A stretch of DNA of 39,250 bases from Eubacteriales bacterium (GTDB taxonomy: Bacteria; Bacillota; Clostridia; Oscillospirales; CAG-272), in assembly GCA_045614485.1 (NCBI GenBank), contig JAZLCY010000005.1, positions 1 to 39,250 on the forward strand, read 5' to 3'. Positions 1 to 9,658 of this stretch are shown one piece after another. A program made the position numbers and the translations under genes. Each line of letters opens with the position of its first letter. Position 1 is the stretch's first letter. The notes beneath the pieces were generated by a model. It worked only from the letters and a program-made list of their open reading frames with translations. It was not told the DNA's origin and ran no database searches.

Positions 1-228
1 CTGCTTCATATCACCGTAGCCTGCGATATCGCATGCTCTACCAGTAAGAGTGTTCTTCATTACTGTGTACTCAACGCCTGCCTTACGGAGAGCGGCGCGG
101 AGCTCGGTGTCTTCTGCTACTGTAATGCCTTCGTACTTTACGAGAACGCCTGCTGCTGCGGTCTGCAACTTAGCTGCAAGAACTTCAACAACCTGCTTCT
201 TCTGTTCAAGGACTTTATTGCTGGGCAT
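1..228 (-). CDS. rplJ: 50S ribosomal protein L10, N-terminal part (gene runs off the left edge)
   Basis: Absent from the ORF track because there is no stop in the window. Reverse-complement translation from the ATG at 228-226 gives MPSNKVLEQKKQVVEVLAAKLQTAAAGVLVKYEGITVAEDTELRAALRKAGVEYTVMKNTLTGRA..., a typical L10 N-terminus. GGAGGTGAAAC Shine-Dalgarno at 241-231. Confidence 0.85.
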   Translation of the reverse strand, partial: MPSNKVLEQKKQVVEVLAAKLQTAAAGVLVKYEGITVAEDTELRAALRKAGVEYTVMKNTLTGRACDIAGYGDMKQ

Positions 229-241
229 TAGTTTCACCTCC

Positions 242-385
242 ATAAAAATTTCAAATAAAAAAATCCTTTTCCGATAAGACATAGCTCACCCGAGAAAAGG
301 ACAAAATCATCACAAAAAGATTAAATTGTTCTCACCTCGGCAGGAAAGCTTGCGCTTTTACCGGAACCTGCTGTCTTAGGATACC
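242..385 (-). promoter_or_regulatory. ribosomal protein L10 (rplJL) autoregulatory leader with attenuator hairpin
   Basis: The minus-strand transcript between the promoter and the rplJ SD reads ...CCTAAGACAGCAGGTTCCGGTAAAAGCGCAAGCTTTCCTGCCGAGGTGAG..., which matches my memory of Firmicute L10 leaders. It ends in the hairpin TCCTTTTC...GAAAAGGA followed by a T-run (fwd 257-301). The assignment is from memory, not a covariance-model score. Confidence 0.55.
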
Positions 386-391
386 TGAGAT

Positions 392-420
392 ATTATACAC
401 GAACAAATTGCTTTTGTCAA
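392..420 (-). promoter_or_regulatory. sigma-A promoter of the rplJ leader
   Basis: On the minus strand: TTGACA (420-415), a 17-nt spacer, then TATAAT (397-392). Both hexamers match consensus perfectly. Confidence 0.65.
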
Positions 421-452
421 TAGGTTTTTGCGAAAAAGTTAAAAATTTTTCT

Positions 453-480
453 TGCGGTGGCTTTTTTATCGGCCACCGCA
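453..480 (-). terminator. probable terminator hairpin downstream of the lipoprotein gene
   Basis: 9-bp GC-rich stem TGCGGTGGC / GCCACCGCA (453-461 / 472-480). The minus-strand 3' flank is AGAAAAATTTTT, so the U-tract is not immediately adjacent. Confidence 0.45.
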
Positions 481-545
481 GAAACCCAGTTAGTGTTCTA
501 TATTTTTATTTTATATAATATTATGATTGCGCAATTATATAACCT

Positions 546-1133
546 TTATTGTTGATTAAGATTTTCTACTCGTTCATCTACAGTCGCAATCAAATCGTAC
601 TCGCAATTATCAATGTAAAGTGCATCTCTTTCTATTCTTATCGTACCATAAAGTTTAACATAGTCCCCATCACTAGTAACGTAGAATTGGGCGTCGTTTG
701 AGATGTTGACTTTAATTCCCGAAGCATTGTCGAGTTTCGTAAAAAATTCCTTCAATGAACGGATGTCTTCTCCGGTAACTGTAGTTTCTCTTATTGGAGT
801 ATTTGTCGTATTAACCGTGATATCAACCAACCTAGTTAATTTGTCGGAGAAATTGTAGTCGTGACTTGCATAATATAGATCCACAGTACCTACAATCTTA
901 ATTTTCGCGCCATTGTATTTATCGGGTTCGTGTTTTATCGCATCACGTAAGTCTGCAACACTTTCGAAGAAGTATTCGTATGACACGCCCTCGGGATCGT
1001 TAGTTATAAGTTCCTCACTCCAAGATTCTTCTTTGTATTCTTCTTTGTATTCTTCGGGAGTCTCTTGATTATTACAAGAACATACAGAAAGGGAAATAAT
1101 CAAGAGTGCAAATAAAGCTATCAGTTTTTTCAT
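546..1133 (-). CDS. putative secreted lipoprotein, function unknown
   Basis: 195-aa ORF. The N-terminus MKKLIALFALLIISLSVCSC has a basic n-region, a hydrophobic core and a Cys-containing lipobox-like end. An acidic EEYKEEYKEE repeat follows. No family recognised. About 37-43% GC in two hand-counted 60-nt lines, lower than neighbours. Confidence 0.6.
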   Translation of the reverse strand: MKKLIALFALLIISLSVCSCNNQETPEEYKEEYKEESWSEELITNDPEGVSYEYFFESVADLRDAIKHEPDKYNGAKIKIVGTVDLYYASHDYNFSDKLTRLVDITVNTTNTPIRETTVTGEDIRSLKEFFTKLDNASGIKVNISNDAQFYVTSDGDYVKLYGTIRIERDALYIDNCEYDLIATVDERVENLNQQ

Positions 1134-1168
1134 ATTGTTTTGTACCTTTATCTTTAAATAATAGTAAA

Positions 1169-2107
1169 TTACTCATATTTATTTTTTTTCTTCAGAACGG
1201 AATAAATCGAGCGGTAGGAGTCAAGGCGGGTTTTTGCAATAAGCCCATCACGGCAGGCGGCGGCAACGGCGCACTCTGCCTCGCCCTCGCCAACGTGGGC
1301 ACAGTCTGCATATCTGCACTTACCGTGATATTTGGCAATATCGGGAAACGTTGCAACAAGCGACTCTATGCCGAAGAAATCAAATCTTGAAAAGTCAATA
1401 AGCGAAAATCCGGGAGTGTCGGCAATATAGCCCGCCGCCTCAGCCTCGCCAAGCGGAAAGAGCTCAACGTGGCGGGTGGTGTGCCTGCCACGCTCGATCT
1501 TCTTTGATATTTCGGCGGTTTTCAGCGCAAGCTCCGGAAAGAGCGCATTGATAAGCGTTGATTTTCCAACACCGGAAGCACCGGCAAATGCGGCAGTTTT
1601 GCCAAAGGCAATATTTTGCCTTATAAAATCAGAAAGCTCGCTAATTCCCGACATATCCTGCGACGAGGTTACGAACACCGTAATACCGGAGAGCTTATAA
1701 ATATCCGCAAGCTCCTTTGCCGCATCCGGTGCAACGTCTGCTTTGGTTATAATGATAACGGGAGTTATTGAATTATATTCGGCTATTGCGACAAGCTTGT
1801 CCACCGTTTCGAGCACAGGCTCGGGCTTTGCCGCGGCAAAAACCGTAAATATGTAGTCAAGATTAGCCATTGGCGGTCTTATAAGCTGATTCTTGCGCTC
1901 AAATATCTCGCTTATTACAACACCGTCCGGCGTTTCGGTATCTATGGTTATTCTGACGTCATCGCCAACGAGAACCTTTGCCTCGTCCCTATGAAGAACA
2001 CCCTTTGCCCTGCAGGAGAGGGTGTAAGAATCGCTTTCAGATGCGATCCTCATCTCATAAAGTCCACCGAGGCCCTTTATTACTTTGCCGATTTTTTCCT
2101 CTATCAA
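1169..2107 (-). CDS. rsgA: ribosome small-subunit-dependent GTPase A
   Basis: 312 aa. Circularly permuted GTPase order: TKAD (NKxD-like) lies before the P-loop GASGVGKSTLINAL. C-terminal Zn-knuckle CRYADCAHVGEGEAEC. TTG start overlaps the rlmN stop (TTGA). Confidence 0.9.
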   Translation of the reverse strand: MIEEKIGKVIKGLGGLYEMRIASESDSYTLSCRAKGVLHRDEAKVLVGDDVRITIDTETPDGVVISEIFERKNQLIRPPMANLDYIFTVFAAAKPEPVLETVDKLVAIAEYNSITPVIIITKADVAPDAAKELADIYKLSGITVFVTSSQDMSGISELSDFIRQNIAFGKTAAFAGASGVGKSTLINALFPELALKTAEISKKIERGRHTTRHVELFPLGEAEAAGYIADTPGFSLIDFSRFDFFGIESLVATFPDIAKYHGKCRYADCAHVGEGEAECAVAAACRDGLIAKTRLDSYRSIYSVLKKKNKYE

Positions 2108-3177
2108 GTGTTTTCCTCTTTCACTGTTTTAGTTGCAGAGCGGCGAAGCTGTCCGCAAGCCGCGTCAATATCCGCGCCAAGCCTTCTTCTGACAGTGGCG
2201 GTGATACCGCGGCCTTCAAGATGCGCGGCAAACTTGTTCGCGCTCTCGGTCGTGCCCTCTTTAAATCCTGTTTCGGTTACTTCGTTCACTCTGATAAGAT
2301 TTACGTGTATGGGAGCACCGCTCTTTCTGAACGCGCCGATAAGAAGGTCTGCAAGCTCATCCGCATCCCTGATCGAATCATTCTTGCCCGAGATAAGAGT
2401 GTACTCAAACGATATGCGCCTACCCGTGCGCGAATAATAATACTCGCACGCAGAAAGAAGGGCATTTATATTCCATTTATTATTTACAGGCATAATAGAG
2501 CTGCGCGCAATATCGTTCGCCGCGTGCAGCGAGATAGAGAGAGTTATTGGCATCTCTTTTTCCGCAAGATCCATAATGCGAGGAACTACACCGCAAGTGG
2601 ACAGGGATATATGCCTGTATCCGATATTAAGTCCGTCTTCCCTGTTTACAAGCTCGAGGAAACGGATAACGTTATTATAATTATCAAGAGGCTCTCCGAT
2701 ACCCATCATAACGACGTTGGAAACTCTCTCGCCTGTGTCCTTTTGCGCGGCAATTATCTGGCCAAGCAGCTCGGACGGAAGAAGATCTCGCACCTTGCCG
2801 GCAATGGTTGATGCACAGAAGCGGCATCCCATACGGCAACCGACCTGGCTGGAGATACAGAGGGTATTGCCATGCTTATACCTCATAAACACACTCTCAA
2901 CACACTCACCGTCGTGAAGAGAGAAAAGATACTTGACAGTACCGTCTATTTTCGAAACAAGCTTTCTTTCCACCTTAGGAAGAGTTTGAAGGGTTGCCCC
3001 CTCAAGCTTATCTCGCAGAGTTTTTGAAAGATTGGTCATCTCACTGACAGGAGTGCCGAGCGGAAGCCAGGCCGCGATCTGCTTTGCCCTGAAAGCAGGC
3101 TCGCCAATCGATTTTACAAATGCCGAGAGCTCCTCAAAATTCATTGACAGGAGGTCGTATTTATCATTGATCTTCAT
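2104..3177 (-). CDS. rlmN: 23S rRNA/tRNA (adenine-C2)-methyltransferase, radical SAM
   Basis: 357 aa. Radical-SAM CRMGCRFC motif, conserved GIGEPLDN, and typical RlmN length and N-terminus. Start overlaps the rsmB stop (ATGA). Confidence 0.9.
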   Translation of the reverse strand: MKINDKYDLLSMNFEELSAFVKSIGEPAFRAKQIAAWLPLGTPVSEMTNLSKTLRDKLEGATLQTLPKVERKLVSKIDGTVKYLFSLHDGECVESVFMRYKHGNTLCISSQVGCRMGCRFCASTIAGKVRDLLPSELLGQIIAAQKDTGERVSNVVMMGIGEPLDNYNNVIRFLELVNREDGLNIGYRHISLSTCGVVPRIMDLAEKEMPITLSISLHAANDIARSSIMPVNNKWNINALLSACEYYYSRTGRRISFEYTLISGKNDSIRDADELADLLIGAFRKSGAPIHVNLIRVNEVTETGFKEGTTESANKFAAHLEGRGITATVRRRLGADIDAACGQLRRSATKTVKEENT

Positions 3178-4475
3178 TTTCTTCTTAACCTCGCAACAAA
3201 GAATCCGTCGGTATTATGTATATGAGGATAAAGGGTGAGCATACCGTCCTTCGACTCAAGAGAGCCAACCTTGAAATCCTCTTTATAGAATTCGGGGTTA
3301 TCCGCAAGGAAGCGGGAAACCACCTCTTCGTTTTCACACTTATTGATAGTGCAGGTGGAATAGATCATTGCTCCTCCCGATTTAAGATAGCGCGAGGATG
3401 CAGTCAGAATGTTATACTGCAACTCGGGGAGCTCATCCGCCGCACAGATATCCTTGTATCTGAGGTCAGGCTTTTTTGCCATAACACCAATGCCTGAGCA
3501 GGGAGCATCGCATATTACCTTATCTGCCTTGCCAAACAGAGCCGCATCCGGCGAAAGAGCATCGCGTGCTGTGGCAGACACAGGCAAACCCAGCCTTTTA
3601 GCAGCGCCATTGATAAGAGATATTTTGCTCTCGTGGAGATCAAATGCAGTAACACTGCCGCCACCGGAGAACACAGAAGCCGCAAGAGCCTTGCCGCCCG
3701 GAGCGGAACAAACGTCAACAATTACGTCTGCACTGCAAGCACTGAGAGCCAGCACAGAGATAGCAGATGCCTCATCCTGCACAAAGAAGAATCCCTCGTT
3801 ATATCCCTTAGCGCGCCTTACGTCAAACGAGCCGTTAACGTAGACACTGTATTCAGAAAACTTCGCACGGGATACGTCGTATCCTGATTTTTCAAGCTCT
3901 GCGACCAGTTCATCAACACCTATCTTCTGTGTATTTACCGTAAGAGTTGTGTGAGCAACTGTATTTATCTTCTCAAGGAAAGCCACAGCACCGTTCTCAC
4001 CGAGCTCGGATATAAGGTGCTTTACAGTTTTAAGCGGAACTGAGTATTTTACCGAATAATATCTCGGCGCATTTTTGTTTTTATCGGGCAGAGGAGGATT
4101 ATCCTTAACCTCCACCGCCTTACGCAAGATCGCGTTGACAAAGGCGCGCTCGCCACTGTTTTTCGCAAGCTTTACGGTTTCGTTAACTGCCGCAAAATCC
4201 GGCAGACGCTCCAGATCAAATATCTGCGCCATACCAAGACGGAGAATGCCAAGAGTGTGTGCGCTTAATTTCTCAACCGGGCGAGCCGCAAGGGCGGCAA
4301 TATAGTAGTCGTATCTGAGTTTACCCTCTACCGTTGTATAGAGCATACCCGTGAGCCTGCCCATTTCCTCACGGCTGAGGTTGTCCGTTATATGTGAGGA
4401 CAAGGATAAATTAACGTATTTACCGCATTCCTCATAATCGAGAAGTAGCTTTAATGCAATTTCTCTGATATTCAC
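3174..4475 (-). CDS. rsmB: 16S rRNA (cytosine967-C5)-methyltransferase
   Basis: 433 aa. NusB-like N-terminal half followed by a SAM methyltransferase domain with motifs DVCSAPGGK, DAPCSG and YSTCT. Confidence 0.9.
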   Translation of the reverse strand: MNIREIALKLLLDYEECGKYVNLSLSSHITDNLSREEMGRLTGMLYTTVEGKLRYDYYIAALAARPVEKLSAHTLGILRLGMAQIFDLERLPDFAAVNETVKLAKNSGERAFVNAILRKAVEVKDNPPLPDKNKNAPRYYSVKYSVPLKTVKHLISELGENGAVAFLEKINTVAHTTLTVNTQKIGVDELVAELEKSGYDVSRAKFSEYSVYVNGSFDVRRAKGYNEGFFFVQDEASAISVLALSACSADVIVDVCSAPGGKALAASVFSGGGSVTAFDLHESKISLINGAAKRLGLPVSATARDALSPDAALFGKADKVICDAPCSGIGVMAKKPDLRYKDICAADELPELQYNILTASSRYLKSGGAMIYSTCTINKCENEEVVSRFLADNPEFYKEDFKVGSLESKDGMLTLYPHIHNTDGFFVARLRRK

Positions 4476-4500
4476 TTTATCCTATCCCCTTTCTTCTTAT

Positions 4501-5436
4501 TTATTCAAGAAGGTTGCCCTTCTCTATCTTTCTGCCGCGAATGAAATCGCCGGCGCTCATCATTCCCTTGCCCTCAGGCTTAACAGCGGTTACGACGATC
4601 GAACCGGACTGACAGCTGACGGTAAACGAGCCTTCGCCAACACCGTTGATATCGGTAACAAGGCCGGGATTTCCGCCGCCGTGCGCCACCGATTTTACGC
4701 GGCATATCTTGAGCATTTTTCCGTTAAGAAATGCAAATGCGCCGGGAATGGGGGTTACACCCCTGATGCGAGCGCTCACAACCTTACTGTCAAGGTTGAA
4801 ATCTATCTTGCAATCCTCTTTTTCGATCTTTGCGGCATAGGTAGCGAGGGTGTTATCCTGCTTTGTGCGAGTGGCAACACCGCTCTCTATATCCGCGATC
4901 ACCTTACAGAGAAGGCGCGCGCCTACCTCCGCAGATCTATCGTGGATCGTTTCAAAATCATCATCCTCGGTTATCGGGAAGGACTCGGTCAAAATAACGT
5001 CTCCGGTATCAAGCCCCTCGTCCATATACATAATACTTACACCCGTTTCACTCTCGCCATCCATGATCGCTCTTTGCATAGGGGCTGCGCCACGATACTT
5101 GGGAAGCAGAGAAACGTGCGCGTTTATACAACCGTAGGTTGGGTAATCAATAACATTAGGAGGAAGGATCTTGCCGTACGCAACAACAACGATGATCTCG
5201 GGCTTGTGCGCATCAAGTACATCCATAAAAGCATCGTCACGGAGTGTTTTGGGGGTGTAAACAGGAATGCCGTTTGCCTCGGCAAGCACCTTTACCGGAG
5301 TGGGTGTCATAACGTTGCCCCTGCCCCTCGGCTTATCCTCGCGCGTTACAACAGCGCACACCTCAAGCCCTGTGCCTATAATTTCCTTAAGGCAGGTTTC
5401 GGCGATCTCGGGCGTGCCCATGAACATTATTCTCAT
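4501..5436 (-). CDS. fmt: methionyl-tRNA formyltransferase
   Basis: 311 aa. MRIMFMGTPEIA N-terminus and the formyltransferase core HVSLLPKYRGAAPMQRAI. Sits in the conserved def-fmt position. Confidence 0.92.
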   Translation of the reverse strand: MRIMFMGTPEIAETCLKEIIGTGLEVCAVVTREDKPRGRGNVMTPTPVKVLAEANGIPVYTPKTLRDDAFMDVLDAHKPEIIVVVAYGKILPPNVIDYPTYGCINAHVSLLPKYRGAAPMQRAIMDGESETGVSIMYMDEGLDTGDVILTESFPITEDDDFETIHDRSAEVGARLLCKVIADIESGVATRTKQDNTLATYAAKIEKEDCKIDFNLDSKVVSARIRGVTPIPGAFAFLNGKMLKICRVKSVAHGGGNPGLVTDINGVGEGSFTVSCQSGSIVVTAVKPEGKGMMSAGDFIRGRKIEKGNLLE

Positions 5437-5888
5437 TACTTATCCTCTCTGATCTGCACGTCGGTATAAAGCTTGCCGTCGAGATGGTCACACTCGTGGC
5501 AGATAGCTCTTGCAAGAAGATCTGTGCCGTTAAGCTCATATTCCTTGCCGTATCTGTCCATAGCTCTCACAGTTACTGCCCTTGGGCGCTTTGTGATACC
5601 GTATGCACCGGGGTTGGAAAGGCAACCCTCTCCCTCTCGCTGCTCGCCTGCAAACGCAACTATCTTGGGGTTGATAAGCTCGTAAACCTTACCCTCCTCA
5701 ACCTCGATAACCGCGATCCTGCGAAGGATACCTACCTGGGGAGCGGCAAGACCGCAACCGTTGGCGGCACGCATGGTTTCGATCATATCGTCAAGAAGAG
5801 TGATAACCCTTGGGGTTATCTCGGTTACAGGACGGGAAACCTTTCTGAGAGTGGGATCACCGAATTTAAGTATATTAAGCTTTGCCAT
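5436..5888 (-). CDS. def: peptide deformylase
   Basis: Motifs GCGLAAPQVG, EGCLS and HECDH. I prefer the ATG at 5888 (MAKLNILKF...), preceded by AAGAGGAAA, over the track start at 5906. The stop overlaps the fmt start by 1 nt. Confidence 0.92.
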   Translation of the reverse strand: MAKLNILKFGDPTLRKVSRPVTEITPRVITLLDDMIETMRAANGCGLAAPQVGILRRIAVIEVEEGKVYELINPKIVAFAGEQREGEGCLSNPGAYGITKRPRAVTVRAMDRYGKEYELNGTDLLARAICHECDHLDGKLYTDVQIREDK

Positions 5889-5912
5889 TGTATTTCCTCT
5901 TTTCAATCAGTA

Positions 5913-8174
5913 TTAAACCGTTAACGGATTAAGGTCAACGGAAAGAGATGCCCTGCGATTTGACGCAAAGAGCATAAGTAACTCATGGAACAGCGTGCGC
6001 GACTTACGGTTAAGCCTGCATTTTACCACCATTCGCATTCTGTATTTATCGTTTACTTTGTAAACCTGGGCTTCAAACGGGCCGTAAACCGTGGTTGGAA
6101 GCTCGGAATAATCTCCCTTCAGCCTTGAAATTATAGCCTCTGAGAGCATATGCGATGCCTCTTTTACGTCCGCCTCTGTATCAGCAGTTACGGTAAGCTG
6201 CACCATATCACAAAACGGGGGATAGCCAAGCTCACGGCGCACCGCTATCTCGCCCTCGTAAAATTCATCATAGTTTTGCTCGCACGCAAGCCTGATTATC
6301 TCGTTTTTCGGCGAGTAGGTCTGAATAACGGCAACACCGTTATCACTTGCTCTACCTGCCCTTCCTATAACTTGAGTTAAAAGCGAGAAGGTTTTCTCAC
6401 TCGCGCGAAAATCGGAAAGATAAAGGGACGTATCGGCGAGAACGACGCCAACGAGAGTTACCGCAGGGAAATCGTGGCCCTTGGCAACCATCTGCGTGCC
6501 GAGAAGGATATCATGCCTTCTGTTTCTGAAATCGTCTATCATTTTGTCGTAAGAAAGCTTTGCACCGGTGGTGTCAGCATCCATGCGCAAAACGTTCATA
6601 TCGGGAAGATACTCCGAAAGAACACCCTCGACCTTCTGTGTTCCGAAGCCAAGGCGCGAGAGGTTATCCGACGAACACGACGGACACTTTCGCACAGGTG
6701 GTTCTCTATGACCGCAGAGATGACACATAAGCATACCGCCGTCATTACCGTTGTGGAAGGTCAATGACACGGAGCATCTTGGACAGGCAAGAACCTCGCC
6801 GCACTCCTTACAGCTTATCTGGCTGTTGTATCCGCGCCTGTTAAGGAAGAGTATTGCCTGCTTGCCGTTCTCTCTGACCTCAAGCAGAGACTCGTGGAGC
6901 CTTTCACTTATCGGAGTGAGATTACCAAGCTTCAATTCCTCTCTCATATCCACGATAACCGCATCCGGAAGCCTGAAGCCGCCGTAGCGCTCTCTTAACG
7001 GAACAAGGGTGTAGCTACCGTTCTTAGCTTTATAGAAGCTCTCGAGCGACGGAGTTGCGGATGCCAAGAGAACCAGGCAGTTGTTCTTGCCGGCTCTGTA
7101 TGCCGCAACGTCACGCGCGTGATATTTGGGGTTGCTTTCCGATTTGTAGGTGTGCTCGTGCTCCTCGTCTATAACGATCATACCGAGGTTTTCAAGGGGG
7201 GCAAATGCGGCAGAGCGAGTTCCTATAACAAGATCCACCTCTCCCCTTTTTATTCTGCGCCAGGCATCAAGCCTTTCACCTTGGGATAATGAGGAATGGA
7301 TAACCGCAACTCTCTCACCGTACCTACGGCAGAAGATCCCTACCGTTTGCGGAGTTAATGCGATTTCGGGCACCATCATAATAACACCCTCGCCTCGCTC
7401 AATAACGCGGTCTATCATCTTCATTATGACCTTTGTTTTACCGCTTCCGGTAACACCGTAAAGCAGGGCGGCACGTGGCTTTTCTTCCTCGTATAGAGAA
7501 AGAATCGTATCATATGCAGTCGTTTGAGCGCGCGAAAGAACGATCTCGGAGGTATCTCTGTCACGCGAAAGAGCGGCATAGGGATTCCTTATCTGTTCAG
7601 ACTCATCTATCCTTATAATGCCCCTGCCCTCAAGCGCTTTTATATGCGCTGAAGTAACGCCGGGAAGCTGCCTTACAAGTAAGCTGTCCGCAGAGCCGAT
7701 CGGCATAAGGTATTTCAAGACACTTCTCTGCCCCTCGGCACGAATGCCCGCCCTGCCCTTTTCGGAAAGAAGCGCTTCCGCCTCCTCAACACTGATACTA
7801 AGCACGCATCTTTTTGCATACTTCACGTTCAAGGAATCTGAAAGAGCACCGGGAGGAAGAACCGTTTTCAACGCATCTCCAAAGGTGCAAAGAGTGTATT
7901 CCTTCAAGAAAAAGCAAAGCCCGAGCATTTCTTCCGTTAACGGAGGGCGGTCTTCAAGTACCGAATGCACGGGCTTTAAATTATGCGCGCAATCGGAAGT
8001 TTCCTTTATGGCGGTGATAACACCAAGCCTGTGCCTGTTTGCCCCACCAAAAGGAACCTTTACAATAGAGCCCACCTCTGCCTTTTGTGGCAAAGCATAG
8101 TCGAATGCGCGGTCAACGTGATACGGCGCATCGAAAATATATACTTCACAATACACACGCATCACCTCTTTCAC
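5913..8174 (-). CDS. priA: primosomal protein N' (replication restart helicase)
   Basis: 753 aa. Walker A GVTGSGKT, DEEH box (VIDEEHEH) and a Cys-rich zinc insert (CKECGEVLACPRC...CHLCGH...CPSC). The exact start is ambiguous: GTG at 8174, or ATG at 8162, which has only about 2 nt between the AGAGG SD and the ATG. Confidence 0.9.
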   Translation of the reverse strand: MKEVMRVYCEVYIFDAPYHVDRAFDYALPQKAEVGSIVKVPFGGANRHRLGVITAIKETSDCAHNLKPVHSVLEDRPPLTEEMLGLCFFLKEYTLCTFGDALKTVLPPGALSDSLNVKYAKRCVLSISVEEAEALLSEKGRAGIRAEGQRSVLKYLMPIGSADSLLVRQLPGVTSAHIKALEGRGIIRIDESEQIRNPYAALSRDRDTSEIVLSRAQTTAYDTILSLYEEEKPRAALLYGVTGSGKTKVIMKMIDRVIERGEGVIMMVPEIALTPQTVGIFCRRYGERVAVIHSSLSQGERLDAWRRIKRGEVDLVIGTRSAAFAPLENLGMIVIDEEHEHTYKSESNPKYHARDVAAYRAGKNNCLVLLASATPSLESFYKAKNGSYTLVPLRERYGGFRLPDAVIVDMREELKLGNLTPISERLHESLLEVRENGKQAILFLNRRGYNSQISCKECGEVLACPRCSVSLTFHNGNDGGMLMCHLCGHREPPVRKCPSCSSDNLSRLGFGTQKVEGVLSEYLPDMNVLRMDADTTGAKLSYDKMIDDFRNRRHDILLGTQMVAKGHDFPAVTLVGVVLADTSLYLSDFRASEKTFSLLTQVIGRAGRASDNGVAVIQTYSPKNEIIRLACEQNYDEFYEGEIAVRRELGYPPFCDMVQLTVTADTEADVKEASHMLSEAIISRLKGDYSELPTTVYGPFEAQVYKVNDKYRMRMVVKCRLNRKSRTLFHELLMLFASNRRASLSVDLNPLTV

Positions 8175-8189
8175 TGAATTATTTAAAAA

Positions 8190-8456
8190 TTATTTTTCCT
8201 CAGGGCGAACCATCTTATAGCGGCCGTCCAAAAGCTTTGCAATAGCGATCTTGATAGCCTTCTGATCCTTGTACTCGGGATCGATAAGAGCGGACAAGGG
8301 CTTATCAACCTCGTGGTTGTCGATCATCTTCTGCGCCTTGTTTCTCATCTCAACGTACTCGTCGGTAGCGATTCTTGCACACTTTGCAACACCAACAACA
8401 AGCTCGTAACGGTTAAACTCTCCCTTGGAAAGCTGTTCAATAGTAGGGTAAATCAT
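8190..8456 (-). CDS. rpoZ: DNA-directed RNA polymerase subunit omega
   Basis: 88 aa. The N-terminus MIYPTIEQLSKGEFNRYELVVGVAKCARIATDEY resembles Firmicute RpoZ. Conserved position upstream of priA. Confidence 0.85.
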   Translation of the reverse strand: MIYPTIEQLSKGEFNRYELVVGVAKCARIATDEYVEMRNKAQKMIDNHEVDKPLSALIDPEYKDQKAIKIAIAKLLDGRYKMVRPEEK

Positions 8457-8487
8457 TTTTATATCTCTCTTTCAAAAATATTCTAAA

Positions 8488-8760
8488 TTATTCTTCGGGG
8501 TCTTCCTCATCGTCTGCAACGTCGGTAGCAAGACGGTTGGTGATAGTTTCTGCCTGGATAGCAGAAAGGATAACGTGGTCTGAATCGGTTATTATAACCG
8601 CCCTGGTTCTTCTGCCGCAGGATACGTCGATAACTCTGTTATCGTCCTTTGCGTCCTGCACAAGACGTTTAATGGGAGCGGAATCGGGACAGGCTATCGC
8701 CACGATCCTGTTTGCGCTGACCATATTACCAAAACCAATGTTAATGAACTTCATAGCCAA
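8488..8760 (-). CDS. remA: RemA/DUF370 family regulatory protein
   Basis: 90 aa. [18 protein letters not shown]...SAPIKRL...[19 protein letters not shown] is the DUF370/RemA signature. Conserved position after yicC. Confidence 0.85.
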   Translation of the reverse strand: MAMKFINIGFGNMVSANRIVAIACPDSAPIKRLVQDAKDDNRVIDVSCGRRTRAVIITDSDHVILSAIQAETITNRLATDVADDEEDPEE

Positions 8761-8765
8761 GCTCC

Positions 8766-9653
8766 TTACTCAACGTTCTGAACCTGCTCGCGTATCTTTT
8801 CAAGCTCGCCCTTCATATCAACTACGATACGGGCAATGCTTGCGTTATTACACTTAGAGCCGATTGTATTTGTTTCGCGGTTTAATTCCTGCATTAAGAA
8901 ATCAAGCTTTCTGCCGGAGGGTTCGGGAAGTGCTGAAATCTCGTAAAACGCATCAAAATGAGATCTGAGCCTTACAAGCTCCTCGTCAATAGCGATCTTA
9001 TCCGCCCAAACGGCGCACTCTGTGAGAAGGCGGTTTTCATCAACCGCAACAGAGTTATCACCGAGAATTGCCCTAAGCCTTGCTTCAAGCTTATCGCGAT
9101 ATCCTACAGTATCCTCGTGGGAGATCTTCTCAACCTGTGCGGCATAAGAGCGAACGAGCTCAATCTTTGCCTTGATATCCGACTCCGCTCTTGCACCCTC
9201 TGCACTTCTCATAGCGCAGTAGCCTTCAACCGCCTCAGCAAGAACAGCCTCGAAGATCTGCCACTCAGCTTCAAGATCCTCCTCAGGCTTTTCAAAGGTG
9301 AAGATATCCTTATTCTGTGCAACGCGCATAGTGGATATATCGTCCTTAAGACCGAACTCATCACGAAGCTTATACAGCGCCTCGATGTAGCTCCTTGCAA
9401 GCTCAGCATCAACAGCAACACTGCCGATACCCGAGCTATGATCGTCTACGGTTACGAACACGTCTACCTTACCGCGAGAGATCGCATTGTGCTGAATGTA
9501 GCTCTTGATCCTCTCCTCAAGAAAGGTGTATGCCCTGGGCATTTTTACCGAGCAATCAAAGAAGCGCGAATTAACGCTCTTGATCTCGATAGTGATATCC
9601 TTTTTCTCGCCCTCGTGCTTCGCCCTGCCGAAGGCTGTCATACTCTTTATCAT
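8766..9653 (-). CDS. YicC family stress-induced protein / endoribonuclease
   Basis: 295 aa. MTAFGR N-terminus and the C-terminal DUF1732-type [12 protein letters not shown] motif. Confidence 0.85.
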   Translation of the reverse strand: MIKSMTAFGRAKHEGEKKDITIEIKSVNSRFFDCSVKMPRAYTFLEERIKSYIQHNAISRGKVDVFVTVDDHSSGIGSVAVDAELARSYIEALYKLRDEFGLKDDISTMRVAQNKDIFTFEKPEEDLEAEWQIFEAVLAEAVEGYCAMRSAEGARAESDIKAKIELVRSYAAQVEKISHEDTVGYRDKLEARLRAILGDNSVAVDENRLLTECAVWADKIAIDEELVRLRSHFDAFYEISALPEPSGRKLDFLMQELNRETNTIGSKCNNASIARIVVDMKGELEKIREQVQNVE

Positions 9654-9658
9654 ACCGT

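Noticed and set aside
1027-1057. 12-nt tandem repeat (TTCTTCTTTGTA x ~2.5)
   Set aside because: It is in frame inside the lipoprotein CDS (EEYKEEYKEE). It is a simple coding duplication, not a CRISPR, VNTR array or regulatory repeat.
1978-2811. 277-aa plus-strand ORF. The same applies to similar long ORFs at 4681-5469, 8958-9752, 12688-13347, 14707-15690, 19519-20403, 26572-27324, 30181-30978 and 31270-31926.
   Set aside because: Each lies entirely antisense to a confidently recognised conserved gene. They have no SD, and their low-complexity Arg/Ser/Leu-rich translations are typical of shadow frames in a roughly 50% GC genome.
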